DNA of 63,669 bases, filler included, from Squatina squatina (Eukaryota), in the NCBI GenBank assembly GCA_031763465.1. It is 3 parts of 3 records of this genome, joined end to end, with 100 filler letters (N's around TTAATTAATTAA, not from the genome) between each part and the next. Parts side by side here need not be neighbours in the genome. Positions count along the whole stretch, not along the records: positions 1 to 30,038 come from JARFOE010000046.1; 2 more parts are not named here. One strand, 5' to 3'. Each line of letters starts with the position of its first letter. Positions within the stretch are counted from its first letter, which is position 1. The position numbers and the translations under genes were made by a program. Of this stretch, positions 12,274 through 26,399 are shown piece after piece. The notes below the pieces were generated by a model. That model was given only the letters and a program-made list of their open reading frames with translations. It was not told the DNA's origin and searched no databases.

Positions 12274-12964
12274 GTGAGTTTGCTTCAGATTAATGTATCT
12301 ACTTGATCTATGCTGTTTGTATATTTATTTCGTTTTATAAATGCTTTCGAAATGTTTGAAGCTATCATTGAGACTAAAGTATAGAATATTGGAAAGCTAT
12401 TGCGTCAGTAGCACATCTCTTTAAATGTTCGTGGTGATTTTCTCTGACTGCAGAACTCGGTGATGCTGTGAGCACCAATTCTGCACTCTCAAAATCGGGC
12501 TGCCGACCGCTGTAACTAAACGTGCTGACGGCCAATTAGACATTGAAAGCAACGGGTAGACAACATTAATTGATGTGAGCAATTTGTTCAAAATGCTCCC
12601 AATATTGGCAGTGTTATGAAGAAAGGCACACTCGTGACTGCGTTTTAACATTAGATTTGGCGGGGCAGTTGTCAACTTTTGCAAAAGAATTGAATATGTA
12701 AGTAAATAAACAATGGATACTTCAATCCAATCATAATAGTGTAAATATTCTGTACAGTAATTTCCTAAGAAAGATTAGAAATATATTGCGGGTGGAAATG
12801 ATTTCAGGGTAATTATTACTATTGATGGTGTATGTTANNNNNNNNNNNNNNNNNNNNNNNNNNNNNNNNNNNNNNNNNNNNNNNNNNNNNNNNNNNNNNN
12901 NNNNNNNNNNNNNNNNNNNNNNNNNNNNNNNNNNNNNNNNNNNNNNNNNNNNNNNNNNNNNNNN

Positions 12965-13366
<402 letters not shown>

Positions 13367-13523
13367 AAAAAATCATTATAGAAGACTCAAAACTTTCAAA
13401 TATATTTGAAACGATGCCAGCGCTTTTAACATTGTTTTGATCGCTGTCCCTTTGAAAGGGATATTATGTACTATTTTATATATATATGGAGATTTATTAT
13501 TTCTTATATACCTTATATTTGTG

Positions 13524-13529
13524 AATAAA
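13524..13529 (+). terminator. MSX2: Candidate MSX2 polyadenylation signal (second AATAAA at 13681-13686)
   Basis: AATAAA about 160 nt after the stop codon, following an AT-rich UTR. Confidence 0.45.
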
Positions 13530-14714
13530 TTAAATAATTGTTGAATATTACATTATACTGGTCCATCTAGTTTTCATTATTACATCCCTGGTACATAAAC
13601 ATAATTACACCTGGAAACAAACACACATCGGGATAACGTGTTCTACTGAAACGTCTGTTAACTCTTTGCAGCCTTGTTAAAATAAAACCTGATAAATGCC
13701 TAGTCTTCTGTACAGAAGGATAGCCTAGGAATCGAGTTTATTTTCAGTATTTAAGGCCAAGTTCCTTCATAATGCTATTCCCCAAAGTGTTGACAAACTT
13801 CTTAAGTGTCATTTTTCTTGTGTGACAAGCTAAAGCAACAACATTTTTATATATATATATATATAAATAATTAGTTGTTCTCAAGGTGAAAATAATGCCA
13901 TTTTCCCAATTTGACATCCATGCTTTAATGTGATATAGTGCAGGATTTAGCATTTCAAAGTTGTCTAATTCAAATGTTAGTCGAATTTGGCTACATTAAT
14001 GAAGCAGATAGCTAACATAATGAAAACCTGATGAGATCACATCTTGGATATTGTTTCCTGTAGCACATGAGTGGACATGGTACTCTTGAACTTGTAATTC
14101 TAACCTATGCAATCTTTTCAGCATTTGACTTTGATAAAAAAAAATCAAAAAAGTAGCTAATCAAAGTAAATATGGAGCTCAAATCCATTTCATTTCACAT
14201 GTATTTTAACTTCTGGCAGAATGCAGTAAATTGTGTAATTCTGAAGGTTAGATTTCAACTCGCTGCCGCAAGGGATCTTTTCCACAATATCTGTTAGTGC
14301 AAAACTGATAGCATTTTTATTTTTTTAGTCCATTAATGACATGAAAGTGGGACGATTTTCTAAGGGTTTTTGTTCAATCATTATTATGGTCATATATTAA
14401 TATAAAACTGTAGACAGTCTATAATCAATACATCCAGTCAATTGGAATATTAAGGTCTTTATTTTGGAGTTCATATTGCATTATAGGAGTAGGCAATGTT
14501 ATTATTTTATGGGCACTATCAATACAGTTTCCATTGGACATAAACCCAGAATGTAAAACTATCCCCAATTTGGCACTGACGGCTATATTTCTCAGGGAAG
14601 GTAAAGGATGCGTGATGTTGCAGTCATGGAGATGTCACACTGGCAGAGTACGAAGTGCTTGTCTGAGATGGTCTCCTGTGCTGTAAATTTCTATGATTGG
14701 TTTTAGGGGCATGG

Positions 14715-14970
14715 CATTGAGTCAGAAAGTTGTGGCGATTCTAAGTCAGAAGGTTGTAGGTTCAATTCCCACTCCAGAGACTTGAGTGCCTAATCTAGGC
14801 TGACACTTCAGTACAGTACTGAGGGAGTGCTGCACAGTTGGAGGTGCTGTCATTCGGATGAGGCATTGAGCCCAGGCCCAGTTTGCCCTATCAAGTGGAC
14901 ATAAAAGATCCCATGGCACTATTTTAAAGATGAGCAGGGGAGTTATCCACGTTGTCCTGTCAATATTCAG
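14715..14970 (+). mobile_element. SacSINE1/DeuSINE-like SINE, tRNA-like head plus core
   Basis: B-box-like ggttcaattccc at 14759-14770, then cagtactgagggagtgctgcac...ggatgag...aaaagatcccatggcactatt. Confidence 0.75.
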
Positions 14971-15864
14971 CATCTGAAGCCAATTAGAGGCAGTATGGTT
15001 GTNNNNNNNNNNNNNNNNNNNNNNNNNNNNNNNNNNNNNNNNNNNNNNNNNNNNNNNNNNNNNNNNNNNNNNNNNNNNNNNNNNNNNNNNNNNNNNNNNC
15101 TGTGGCTGTAGCTGGGGGCAAAGTAGAGCACCATACAGACATACTTTATTAGGTTCCTGTAACTCTTGAAAGGTTTTTTTATACTTTCTTTGATTTTGTC
15201 TATTGCTTTAAAAGGGCTCTACGACGGTCTAAGAAAGCCGTTGCCAGCCTTGAAAGGGCCATATGCCCACTTAAAAAGACCTCTTGTAAGCCTAAGGGGA
15301 CATATGCTGGTCTGAGAGGACCCTATGTAAGTCTGAGAAGCAATTTATCTCTGGTGGCTTATTCCACCATATGGATCACTTTCACTGTTCCACCACAAGT
15401 TTCCCATTGCTATAATGGAGGTGTATCATCACTTCATTGATCCACATGCTTACAGGGCACAGTTCGTGTCAGATGTATCTTGAGGAGCAAATGACACCCA
15501 CATCAGCGCTGACCCTGCTGTGATTACTGGCATCAGCTTTATTTGCATGAGGGTGAGCTCCTGTGTTGGAAATGCCTCTGACTGGGAGCTCACCCCTATA
15601 TGGAGGAAAACAAGTTATTCTAAATTGACCGAGACCAACTATACAATTATCAATATATGCAGCAGACATAGTCAACAGGATCCCCCTTTACTGAGTTAAC
15701 TGGAGTGTATTGATAAATAGATGTTTATACAGTTTTAGAACAATAAACAATCTTATGATATCTGCATTACCCATACACCTTGGGATCAATGTATTGTGGT
15801 TTACTTTTCAGTTCATTTTTTCTCCCTAATCATTTGTTCAGTAATTACAGCATGCCCTTAGTCT

Positions 15865-16063
15865 CATCCTTGTTTTCAAATCCCTCCATGCCCTCGCCCC
15901 TCCCTATCTCTGTAACCTCCTCCAACCCTCCGAGATATCTGCACTCCTCCAATTCTAGCCTCTTGAGCATCCCCGATTTTAAGCGCTCCACCTGTCGAAG
16001 TCTTTCCCTCCCTGCCTCTCTTTCTTTTCATTAAGATGCTCCTTAAAACCGACCTCTTTGACC
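15865..16063 (+). mobile_element. L2-clade LINE 3' fragment
   Basis: tccttgttttcaaatccctccatgccctcgcccctccctatctc (LVFKSLHALAPPYL), ending ctccttaaaaccgacctctttgacc, which is a typical L2 ORF2 C-terminus. Confidence 0.75.
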
Positions 16064-16163
16064 NNNNNNNNNNNNNNNNNNNNNNNNNNNNNNNNNNNNN
16101 NNNNNNNNNNNNNNNNNNNNNNNNNNNNNNNNNNNNNNNNNNNNNNNNNNNNNNNNNNNNNNN

Positions 16164-16797
16164 AGTTCTATTTAAGAATGTGTTCGCGGTTATCAATCAC
16201 GACAGCCGCCTCTTTAAAGACTGCCTTAATCTGATTTAATTGCTCATCTAGCGCCGGTGCCCCCTCAGGCTAGAGCCGCCTCGCTCAATTACACCCAAAT
16301 GCTTAGCAATCAATAAATAAGTAATGACAACAAGTTTGAGGATTAGGTGGCTCTGAGGAGTCGAACTGGAAAAGATTACAAGAGGGGAAAAAAGTCACGT
16401 TAGCGACACTCTTAATGATTAAACATACACCACATAGACAGTGAGACGGTTGACAATCCTTGCATGTTCTTTTAGGCTCTCCAGCCTGCATTGTTTTGTT
16501 TCCCTTTATAGTTACACTATAACAGACACAGTACAATACAACAACACAAAGCTTTTCCATTTGTTCCACCTTAACTCATTGGCACGATGTGGAATCCCAG
16601 TTCAAGCGTGCAACTTATTGGCAAACTATTTATCAATGTGTCAGGCGTTTCTGCATCTATCATAGAGTGCGCAAAGACCTCTGGAACAAGGCAGATTCCG
16701 GAGCGGAGCCACCGAGCCATAGGTTTAAATGAAATGTACATTAATATCTTTCCACCCAAGTACCACCGAGACGAAACAATTACAAAGGTTCAATCAA
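16164..16797. promoter_or_regulatory. Candidate MSX2 enhancer: GCCG/GCGCC Smad-type motifs clustered with TAAT sites
   Basis: GCCG at 16205-16208, 16253-16256 and 16275-16278 around TTAATT at 16236-16241, with further TAAT/ATTA sites. Repeat-free and CpG-retaining. Confidence 0.5.
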
Positions 16798-17384
16798 NNN
16801 NNNNNNNNNNNNNNNNNNNNNNNNNNNNNNNNNNNNNNNNNNNNNNNNNNNNNNNNNNNNNNNNNNNNNNNNNNNNNNNNNNNNNNNNNNNNNNNNNNNN
16901 NNNNNNNNNNNNNNNNNNNNNNNNNNNNNNNNNNNNNNNNNNNNNNNNNNNNNNNNNNNNNNNNNNNNNNNNNNNNNNNNNNNNNNNNNNNNNNNNNNNN
17001 NNNNNNNNNNNNNNNNNNNNNNNNNNNNNNNATTCTGTGGGGATGCTCGGCCACCTACCACCATTACTGTGGCTGAACTGGTCCATTCTATGGAGAATCA
17101 CTCTGTGGTTTTATCAAACTCGAGAGCAGCATTAGACTAGGTGGCTCAAGTGGAGAAATACACTTGATAGGCCGAATGGCCCGTTTCTCTACTGGAACAT
17201 TCTAGAGGGCCAATCTTTCTAACCCTTGCCCCTGGGGCTTTCCAAGGGAAAGGGATGGATGTCTGGTGGTGCTTGGCCTGTGACTGCCATAGGTGCAGGC
17301 CTGACAAAACCAGTTAAATGAGGTGAGATGGCGTGCTCTGCCTACTGGCTTCATTTTCTGTCTGTCGGGAAGCTCAGTACAGGG

Positions 17385-17600
17385 GCAATCTGTGTAATCA
17401 GACAAGAATTGATACCAAGCCAAAGAGTGGAATCATTAGGACAGGTGACCAAAAGCTTGGTCTAAAAGGTAGGTTTTAAAGAGCATCTTTAAAGGAGGAA
17501 AGAGAGGCGAAGAGATTTAGCGGGCGAATTCCAGAGCTTAGGTCCTTGGCAGCTGAAGGCACGGCTGCAAAGGTTGGAGCAATTAAAATCTGGAAGGCTG
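17385..17600 (-). mobile_element. L2-clade LINE 3' fragment
   Basis: ggtgaccaaaagcttggtctaaaaggtaggttttaaagagcatc...gaattccagagcttagg...agctgaaggcacggc is the reverse complement of the same L2 end seen at 15865-16063. Confidence 0.7.
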
Positions 17601-20600
17601 AGGAGGACGCTACATGTATCTACACATATAACCAAACCTCCCTTTAAATCACTGCGACATCTTTTTTCAAATGGCTACTGTAACATGCAGTTGCATTTAA
17701 TATGTCTGATTTTTCCATATGAAGATATTAAAGATAAGCAAAATGGATTGGACTCCATTTATCAACAACATTGCATTGTCTGCATTGTGAAACCTGTAGT
17801 CAGATGAGTGTGTAGGGAAGCATTCAGTGTGTTTCAAGCTATCCAGCCATGTTGATTGAATACAATATCGTTGGTGGGGGTTTGGGGTTGTTGTGAAGTT
17901 TGTCACCATCAAGGTTGATTGTATTTCAAATCGGGTTTTAACATTGAGCACGGACTGAGTTGTGGGTGGATTATACTGTATGCAGTTTAGGGGTCCCTCT
18001 AGATTGCTCTTTGTGCCTTGAACCCAGTCTCTGGGTGTCCATTGTGCACCAGTGGAGAAAGTTCTGTGTACAAACTGTTAACATTTGTTTGCCCAAGAAG
18101 GAGAAAGTATGTCTGGCATGAATAGTGTGCTTGACAATGAGTCAGCAAGACCTCCAAATTCCAGAATGTATGTAGGCGAACTGAAGCAATAATGTACATT
18201 TAATAAGGTTAATGTAGGTGTGATAGAAATGATTAGTATTGAACCAGACAGAACTGAGAACATGTAGGAGGGACGGAATCCTCAATGACTCGTTTGCCTC
18301 TGAACTGTCTTATTAAATAATGTCTGAAATCAAGAGATTTTTCCTTTTTTGCAAGTTGGCAGTTTGAATTGTAGCACATACATTTTGAAATCTACTTTGT
18401 TCTTTTGTTGCAGCCTCCTCGAGTAGTATTTCAAAATCATTTATATACCCAGGCAACTTTAAAATATTTGTAAAGTATAAGTGGTTTCCTCAATCAATTG
18501 CAACTGACGATCACAGGAATAATCAATATTCACATCGCCACCCTTCCCTCCACATTGTAACTAAACCATTCAAAAATACTTTCCATCTTCTAGTAGTATT
18601 TATTTAGTCTATTAGAGAACCTTTTCGAGTTTACATTTTTTAATCCTTTCATATCGACGAATGCAAATGTCAGCTGCCATTAGGTTACTCTAAAGGCAAA
18701 TGCACCAGTCACAGCTGATTGAATGACCAGTCAGTAAAATTACTGTATATCGAGAACCCACAGATTAAACAAACTTTCCAATGCAATTTCAGCTCCAAAC
18801 CAAACAAGAAATAAGTGTAAATAAATATGCCATTAAATCCAGCTCACTTCATTGTTGTTGAATGATTACCTTTTTAAACTAGGTTGTAGGTAGGTGTAGG
18901 TGTAATTGCCCTAATTAATTACTCAGAATAAATCATCTAAACCGCTGCTGGCACAATCTCGAGCCAGCTAAAGGAAATGAACTTGTTTTAATGGAAAATA
19001 AAATGTTTTATTATCATTCCTTCACAGCCGACCTGCGTCAGTACATAATTTCTCTACGTCTCATCTGTGGAAAACCGAACTGCACAGAGAACGCGACATC
19101 TAATAAGTAAAGGTTTAGTGCTGCAGCTTATGTCCGTAACAATAAGCAAAAACTATTCTCTACTTTAAACTACTTTTTGATATTCCGTTTTTGAAATATG
19201 AATTAATTGGACCACATTTACATAAAGTAGCATTACTTTTTCGATTTGTGGGGTAAAAAGCTTTTGACATACCAACCAAGAGCGAATCTTCATAAACGCA
19301 ATTTCGCTAGACATAGCACCCAGCGCAAGATCCAGACATAAACTAATACATAATGGATAACATTTGCAGAAGGAACGTGATTGCTACCATTAATGTAAAT
19401 AACATTTCTATTACTATTAATGCTCCAAGAACCTACCGCTAGCCTCTAATCCACTTCATTAATAATATAATATTTTATGACGACGGACAGCTGGTTTTGA
19501 CACAAAAATTAACCATTGAAGAAACTGAGTCTCCTAGAAGTACAAATGATGAATACGGCTCTGAGATATCTGAGTCTTCTGTTCTCCGGCAGGCGCTCAT
19601 GCCAACTTAAAATGCCTTCTTTATGATGGTTTTTATTCGAACCAAAAAATTGTAAGTAGGCCTTTTGACTTTTAGGGAAGCTGCCTTCAAAGCGGCGGCA
19701 CTGTATTCAATCAGAACTGAAGAATCTTTAATGTTACATCACCTCTTGAAAACAGAAACTTCGGAATAATGCAGCACGTCATCGTGAAGACGTTAGAACC
19801 GTAATCATTGCTCGGAACTATACTTTTGCTATCAATACAGGATCTAGATAAGTATGAGAAGGGATATGAACAGCGTTGTAAAGATATATACAATAATGGC
19901 CAATATATTTTATGCGCTGGACAGTCTTTCCGCCAAACTTAGTAAGTGGTCAGGCCTGATTGATTTCAGTTTCGTTGGACAGTCACCTGTGTTTTCAGAT
20001 AACAATAGAGAAGAAGATTATTCAGTTTGTACAAGCGGCAAAATCAGAATTTTGTACTGAATCTCGCAATAATCGACTCGAGTATCAAGCAGTAGAACAA
20101 CACTCACACTGGGGGTTTAAAACGTGCTGACCCTGCAGTGATGTAGGCGGCACGCCCATTAATCATAATTCAATATGAGAACAGTTTCACGATTCTCCAG
20201 AACGCTGTGCATGTGTTCTGCAATAGTGCAATGTTGCCACACGGCTATCCATGTAAGCTGCAGCTTTAATAGTGCATTTTAATTAATGACACCAACTTAA
20301 CACGTTTGCTGCTTTGATCGTCCAGGCGAACAAGTTCTGCAAGAGAGAACAACCTCGTGCTGAAACTTTGTAACCGGGCAGGTGGAGGAGACACGAAGTC
20401 GGGGGAAATGGTAGCATTTAGCTCTGTGAAATAAACCTAAGGACCCCTTTTAAGGAGCAAATCAATCAATATTAGGGAATATTAACACTCGAAATTATTC
20501 AGTTCGACACAAATGTTCTTTCTGAAAGTAGATCAGCAAGTTTTTTTGTCAGAACTTTAACGATGTGTAGAAGTCAAACAGGAACAGACAAACCTTTTAA

Positions 20601-23072
20601 ACAGTAAGCGCTCGAAACATGAAAATAAGACTGTTGCTAACTAGAAATACCGTGTATATTTAAACATGAGTGTGAGCGCGATATATGCGAACTAACGGCT
20701 ATAGCTCTAGCAATAGCTGGTCAATCCGAAAACTCCTGCTGAAATAGGAGTAACAGAGTGGCGCATGTGAGATTGCGGAATAACACGGTATTTCATTTCA
20801 AATGGCCAATCACAAACACCCTCGAACTGAATCGAACGCAGTTTTGCACTGATTGAAATCAATAATTCAGGTATCTGCCGTTACAGTTTATTTGTGGCAA
20901 ATGTATTTTAATTCAAAATGAAACCAGAGAATCTCTGACTCCATAGGTGCTTCATTTTTTGAAATAGCTGTGACTATGGGTCGCTATTTGAGTCTAAACG
21001 CAGCTACTACAATTACAAATAACTGCGTGTTTTATGTCACCCTCAGAAATGCAAGCCGCTTCTAACTTAAAAATCACAGTATTTGTTAAATACCAATCAA
21101 AAAAGAACTCTTTAAAGAAAGATGTCTATTGGGAGTGGAATTTCCATTATATTACTCACATCTTGGACGTTTTATGGAGAACATAGCTTTTTTATCTTCC
21201 GTGCGTCCCCTAATACCTGTTATGACTACTTGGAATATACTTTACAGGTTACAAGATGTTTATATGCAACCGGTATGAATGCACAGATATATACCACACC
21301 AACTAATCTATCATTAGATTCCGCATCGTATACTGTATGAATGTACCTATTCCACAAACAGAATGGGTAAGGTGCAGAATTGATTTTTTTTTAAAATCAA
21401 TAATACTTTTAAAATCTCGGTTCTGAATTACTTTAATGCTGTTGCTTAATAACTACATTCGACATTGCACAGAAGATCATTGAGCCACAAGACCGGATAA
21501 CAATTCACGATAATAAACTTTCACTTAGACAGTGCCTTAACATGATGGATTTTAACTATAGCTACTATATTTCTTTAAGCAATTATAGCTCAGNNNNNNN
21601 NNNNNNNNNNNNNNNNNNNNNNNNNNNNNNNNNNNNNNNNNNNNNNNNNNNNNNNNNNNNNNNNNNNNNNNNNNNNNNNNNNNNNNNNNNNNNAAAAAAA
21701 ATTGAAAAAAATATAACAGTAAATTAAAATGTGATTCCTAGATTAATAGTGGATGAACCATTAAGGAAGCTCCGTAAGTCATATTTGACATTTCAGATAC
21801 TTGGTGCCTGCAATACAAATCCCTTAAAATCCACAATTAGGAGTTATGTAGTTTTTCCAGTAACATATGGTTTCAATAACCAAGGAATATTTCAAGAAGT
21901 CCACATACAACAAAGAAAGTTAAGAAGTCAGGGATTTTGTAATCTGTTGTGGGTCTCAATAATCATCTTGAAACTATCAGTTGCAAAGTAATATTCATTA
22001 CATGTGTATATNNNNNNNNNNTATTATATTCTCAAAATGTACTGTTTTTAAGCTTTCTTCATGAATTCCATACTGCCGACGCCTTGTTAGCTAAAAATTC
22101 CAAGCCATTCCTTTGTAAGTATCAAATAAGCAGTTACAATAAGTGATTTCACATGGGCTTATTTGTTACTGTGGTCTTATGGATTGTTTCACGGCTTTTT
22201 ATGACCTATATGTAGGGTTCACTTTGGCAAGAAGCAATTGGTATTCATTTTGGCATAAAAATATTAATTATACAGTTCATTTGGAATCAATCATAGTTAT
22301 TGTTTTGTTNNNNNNNNNNNNNNNNNNNNNNNNNNNNNNNNNNNNNNNNNNNNNNNNNNNNNNNNNNNNNNNNNNNNNNNNNNNNNNNNNNNNNNNNNNN
22401 NNNNNNNNNGGAAATCAAATATTGATTAATTTTGAATACTTACCTCAGTGGAACACATTAAGTCCCAAAAAGCCAACTGTATTGAATCACCTGTCATGTA
22501 AACTCTGCATTTAAAGTGATTCCAGTGGAGACTAGATGGCCTCTACACAAAACGTGGTTCAATGCATTTACTGTTTCACATTCAGTCGATTGAATTACTC
22601 CAAATAGAATCAGCATGCTGAAATCACAAAATTAGTCAAAAGAAANNNNNNNNNNAAATTATGTTTGTTTATCAAAATGATTTAGCATTACCAACAGTGT
22701 CCTATTTCTATTTTTTGAAAATATGTTTTTTATATAAAGTAATAAATGGTCATGGGTGAATTCCAGACATTGATGCTGGAGACACTTTTGGCCCATTCGC
22801 CACTTGCCTATATATGAGTCCAAAACCATTGATTTCCTCAGGCACATTTGTAATACAACCTCTGACCAACTATTATTTCACATTTAAATATACAAATAGA
22901 TAGCTAGATAAATAATCACTTTGCTCACCACTGTTTCTGCTTGTGAAAAATGAAAACATTTCTTTGGATTGANNNNNNNNNNNNNNNNNNNNNNNNNNNN
23001 NNNNNNNNNNNNNNNNNNNNNNNNNNNNNNNNNNNNNNNNNNNNNNNNNNNNNNNNNNNNNNNNNNNNNNNN

Positions 23073-23327
23073 GACTGAGATGAGGAAAAAGTTTTTCACC
23101 CAGAGGGTCGTTAACCTATGGATTTTTCTACTACAGAAGGCAGTTGAGGCCAAGTCATTAAATATATTCAAGAAGGAGTTCTTATTGCTCAAGAGATCAA
23201 GGGATATGGGGAGAAAGCAGGAGCAGGGTGGTGAATTTGGATGATTAGCCATGATCATATTGAATGGTGGAGCAGGCTCGATGGGCCGAATGGCCTACTC
23301 CTGCTCCTATTTTCTATGTTTCTATGT
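23073..23327 (+). mobile_element. CR1/HER1 LINE 3' end
   Basis: TEMRKKFFTQRVVNLW...AVEAKSLNIFKKE, then the 3' UTR and (ttctatgt)n tail. Confidence 0.9.
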
Positions 23328-25760
23328 GTCAATCTAGTGAAACTTTGTGCTACCATCACTAAGGCAAATATATCCTCCCTTAGTTAAGGAGACTAATACT
23401 GTGCACAGTGCTGCAGGTCTGGTCTCAAAAAAGCCGTGAACAATTGTAGCAAGAATTTCTTATTCTTGTACTCCATCCCATTTACAATAAAGGCGAGCAT
23501 GCCATTTGCCTTCCTAAATGCTTGCTGTACTTCAAGCTAACATCCTGTGTTTCCTGTACGAGGACCAGCACTGAACAATTTCTAACCATTTAAAAAAAAA
23601 CTCTGTTTTTCTATTCTTCCTACCAAAGTGAATCACCACCCATTTCTGCACAGTATACCCCATATTCATTTTCTGTCTCACTGATTTAAACTATCTACAT
23701 CCCTTTGTATTCTACTCACAGCTTACTTTCCCACCTCACCATGTACCCTCAGCAAACTTGGATACATTACACTCATAGTCCATTCATCTAAATCATCAAT
23801 ATAGATAGTAAAAAGCTCAGTCCCAGGCACTGATCCTTGTAGCAGCCACTATTCAAAACCTTCTAAACTGGGAATTGACCAGTTTATCCCTACTCTCTGA
23901 TTCTATCCATTATATAACCCTTTCTCCATGTTGATGTATTACCACAATCCCATGACCCATTATCTTGCATCACAATCTTTAATGTCACACTTTGTCAAAT
24001 GCCTTTTGGAAATCCAAATATACTACATCCACTGCCACCCCTTTTCTACCCTACAGGTTATATTCTCAAAAAACTCTACTCATTTTGTTAAGCACTATTT
24101 CACTTTCAGAAAAACATGTTGACTCTGCCTAAGAATATTTTAATTTTCGAGTTGCCCTGTTACTACTTTCTTAATAATGGATTCCAGTATTTTCCCCATG
24201 ATTGCTGTCAGGCTATTTGGCCTGTAGTTTCCTGTTTTCTCTCTCCCATCTTTCTTGGATAGCAGTGTTAAATTTGCTACCTTCCAATGCACTGGGACCG
24301 CTCTGGAATCCAGGGAATTTGGAAGATCACAACAAATGCACCACTTTCTCTTCAGCCTTCTGCTTTAGAACCCTAGGCTATACACCATCAGGTCCAAGGC
24401 TATTTGTTGGCGTTTAGTCCCATTAATTTCTCAAGTACTTTTTCTCTACTGTTCTTAATTGCTTTAATTCCACACTCTCATTAGCCCCTTGGTTGCCATT
24501 ATATTTATCTGCTTTTTCTATCTTCTACTGTGAAGACAGATATAAAACATATGTTTAAGTTCACTGCAATTTCTGGACTCCCCTTCAGGTTTCTCCAGTC
24601 TCAGTGGCTAATGGGATCAACACGTAATTTTACTACTTTCTTCCTTTTTACATACTTGTAACAAGCTCTTACTATCTATTGTTACATTTCTTGCTAGGTA
24701 CTTCTCATATGGTATTTTCTCTCTTTTTATCAATTTTGGTCATACTTTGCTTGTTTCTGAAGCTCTCCCACTCCACAGGCTTACTATTATTCTGCAAATC
24801 ATTGTATGCTTCTTCTTTTAATCTCATACTATCCTTAACTTCTGGAGTTAGCCATGGACGGATTACTTTTTCCATGCAGTTTTTATTTCTCAGTGGAATG
24901 CATATTTGTTGTTTGTTTTGGAAAATGTATTTCAATGTTTGCCAATGCTTTTCTACCATCATACCATTTAATCTCATTTTCAATCTACCTTAGCCAATCC
25001 GCACTTCACAGCAAATAATTGGCTTTATTTAAGTTTAAGTTTAAGACTCTCGTTTCGGATTTAATATTTCACTCTCAAATTTAACGTGAAATATTATGAT
25101 AACTCTTCCCCAGCTGATACTTTACTATGAGATTACAAATTAACCCTGTCTCATTACACAGTTAATCATTAAAATAGCCTGAACAACGTGGTTTTGTTCC
25201 AGAAAACTTTCAAATGCATTCCATTAAGTCTTCCTCCAGACTTCCTTGCTAATTTATTTGCTGCGAATATGAAGATTAAAGTCCCCCACAATTTTTACCT
25301 TACCTTTGTTAGAAGCTCCCATTATTTCTTGATTAATAATCCATCCGACAGTATATATTTTGTAACTGGGCCTGTAAACTTCTCCAATCAATGTTTCCTG
25401 CCCTTTCTTACTTCTTACCTCCACCCATATGGATCCTACTTCCTGATCTTCCAAGTCAAGACACCTTTTTCACTACTGTCCTTATGTCATCCTTGATTAT
25501 CAGGGCTATTGATCTCTCCTTTTCCATTCTGCCTGTCTTTTCAAAATATCAAGTACCTGGAATATTTAGTTCCCAACCTTGGTCACCTTGCAACTACGAT
25601 TCTGCAAAGGCAATCAGGTCAGAGACATTTATCTATATTTGTGCCACTAAATCGACTATCTTGTTAGGAAAGCTTCATGCATTCAGATAAAGAGCTGTTG
25701 ATTCAAACGTTTTTACCATTAGCCTTTGGTTTCACCTAGTTTGCTGATGCAGTACTATGA
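23328..25760 (-). mobile_element. Long degenerate CR1 LINE covering the AP endonuclease to reverse transcriptase regions
   Basis: Minus-strand ORF pieces VGSIWVEVRSKKGQETLIGEVYRP...IVGDFNLH (endonuclease) and W..LK.IF...Q..CIP...PWLT.EVKD (tether region), with RT-like segments at 23400-24300. Many stops and frameshifts. Confidence 0.85.
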
Positions 25761-26230
25761 TTAAAGTCTCTGGCCTCAAAATTGTGCCAATTACCACCTG
25801 GTGAAAAATGGTGGTCACCACTCCAGTGCTCTTCTCCAAAGTGGGATTCGCCGGCCGCCAATTATTATTGCAGCGCTGGCCCTGGAAATGCAAATGAAGA
25901 GGTCGTGACCTCAGTCGGTGTGCAACGCATACTTAATGTCAGCACAGTGAACTTTGACCTCTGCTGAGTTCAACACTGGCTCCTGAATTCACCATTAAAA
26001 CCGAGCCTTCAGTATCCTGCCAGAGACACAGTCAGCCCCATTTGATCGGACATACACATCTTTCAAGCAGCTTTACATCTTAAGCTATTGGACTGGATTT
26101 TTTAAATTTTATTGAAGTAGTGGCTTGGTGNNNNNNNNNNNNNNNNNNNNNNNNNNNNNNNNNNNNNNNNNNNNNNNNNNNNNNNNNNNNNNNNNNNNNN
26201 NNNNNNNNNNNNNNNNNNNNNNNNNNNNNN

Positions 26231-26380
26231 CGGAGGGGCAGTACTGAGGGAGTGCTGCACTGCTGGAGGGGCAGTACTGAGGGAGCGCTGCACTGCTGGA
26301 GATGCCGTCTTTCAGATAAGATGTTAAACCAAAACACTCTGTGAAGTTAAAGATCCCACGACAGTATTTGAAGAAGAGTA
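26231..26380 (+). mobile_element. SacSINE1-like fragment with an internal 30-nt tandem duplication
   Basis: gcagtactgagggagtgctgcactgctggaggg is repeated, followed by tgccgtctttcagataagatgttaaacc...gatcccacgacagtatttgaagaagag. Confidence 0.7.
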
Positions 26381-26399
26381 AGTGACTTCTCTGTTTCCT

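Noticed and set aside
14755-14775. tRNA-like B-box ggttcaattccc
   Set aside because: It is part of a SINE head and no full cloverleaf is present.
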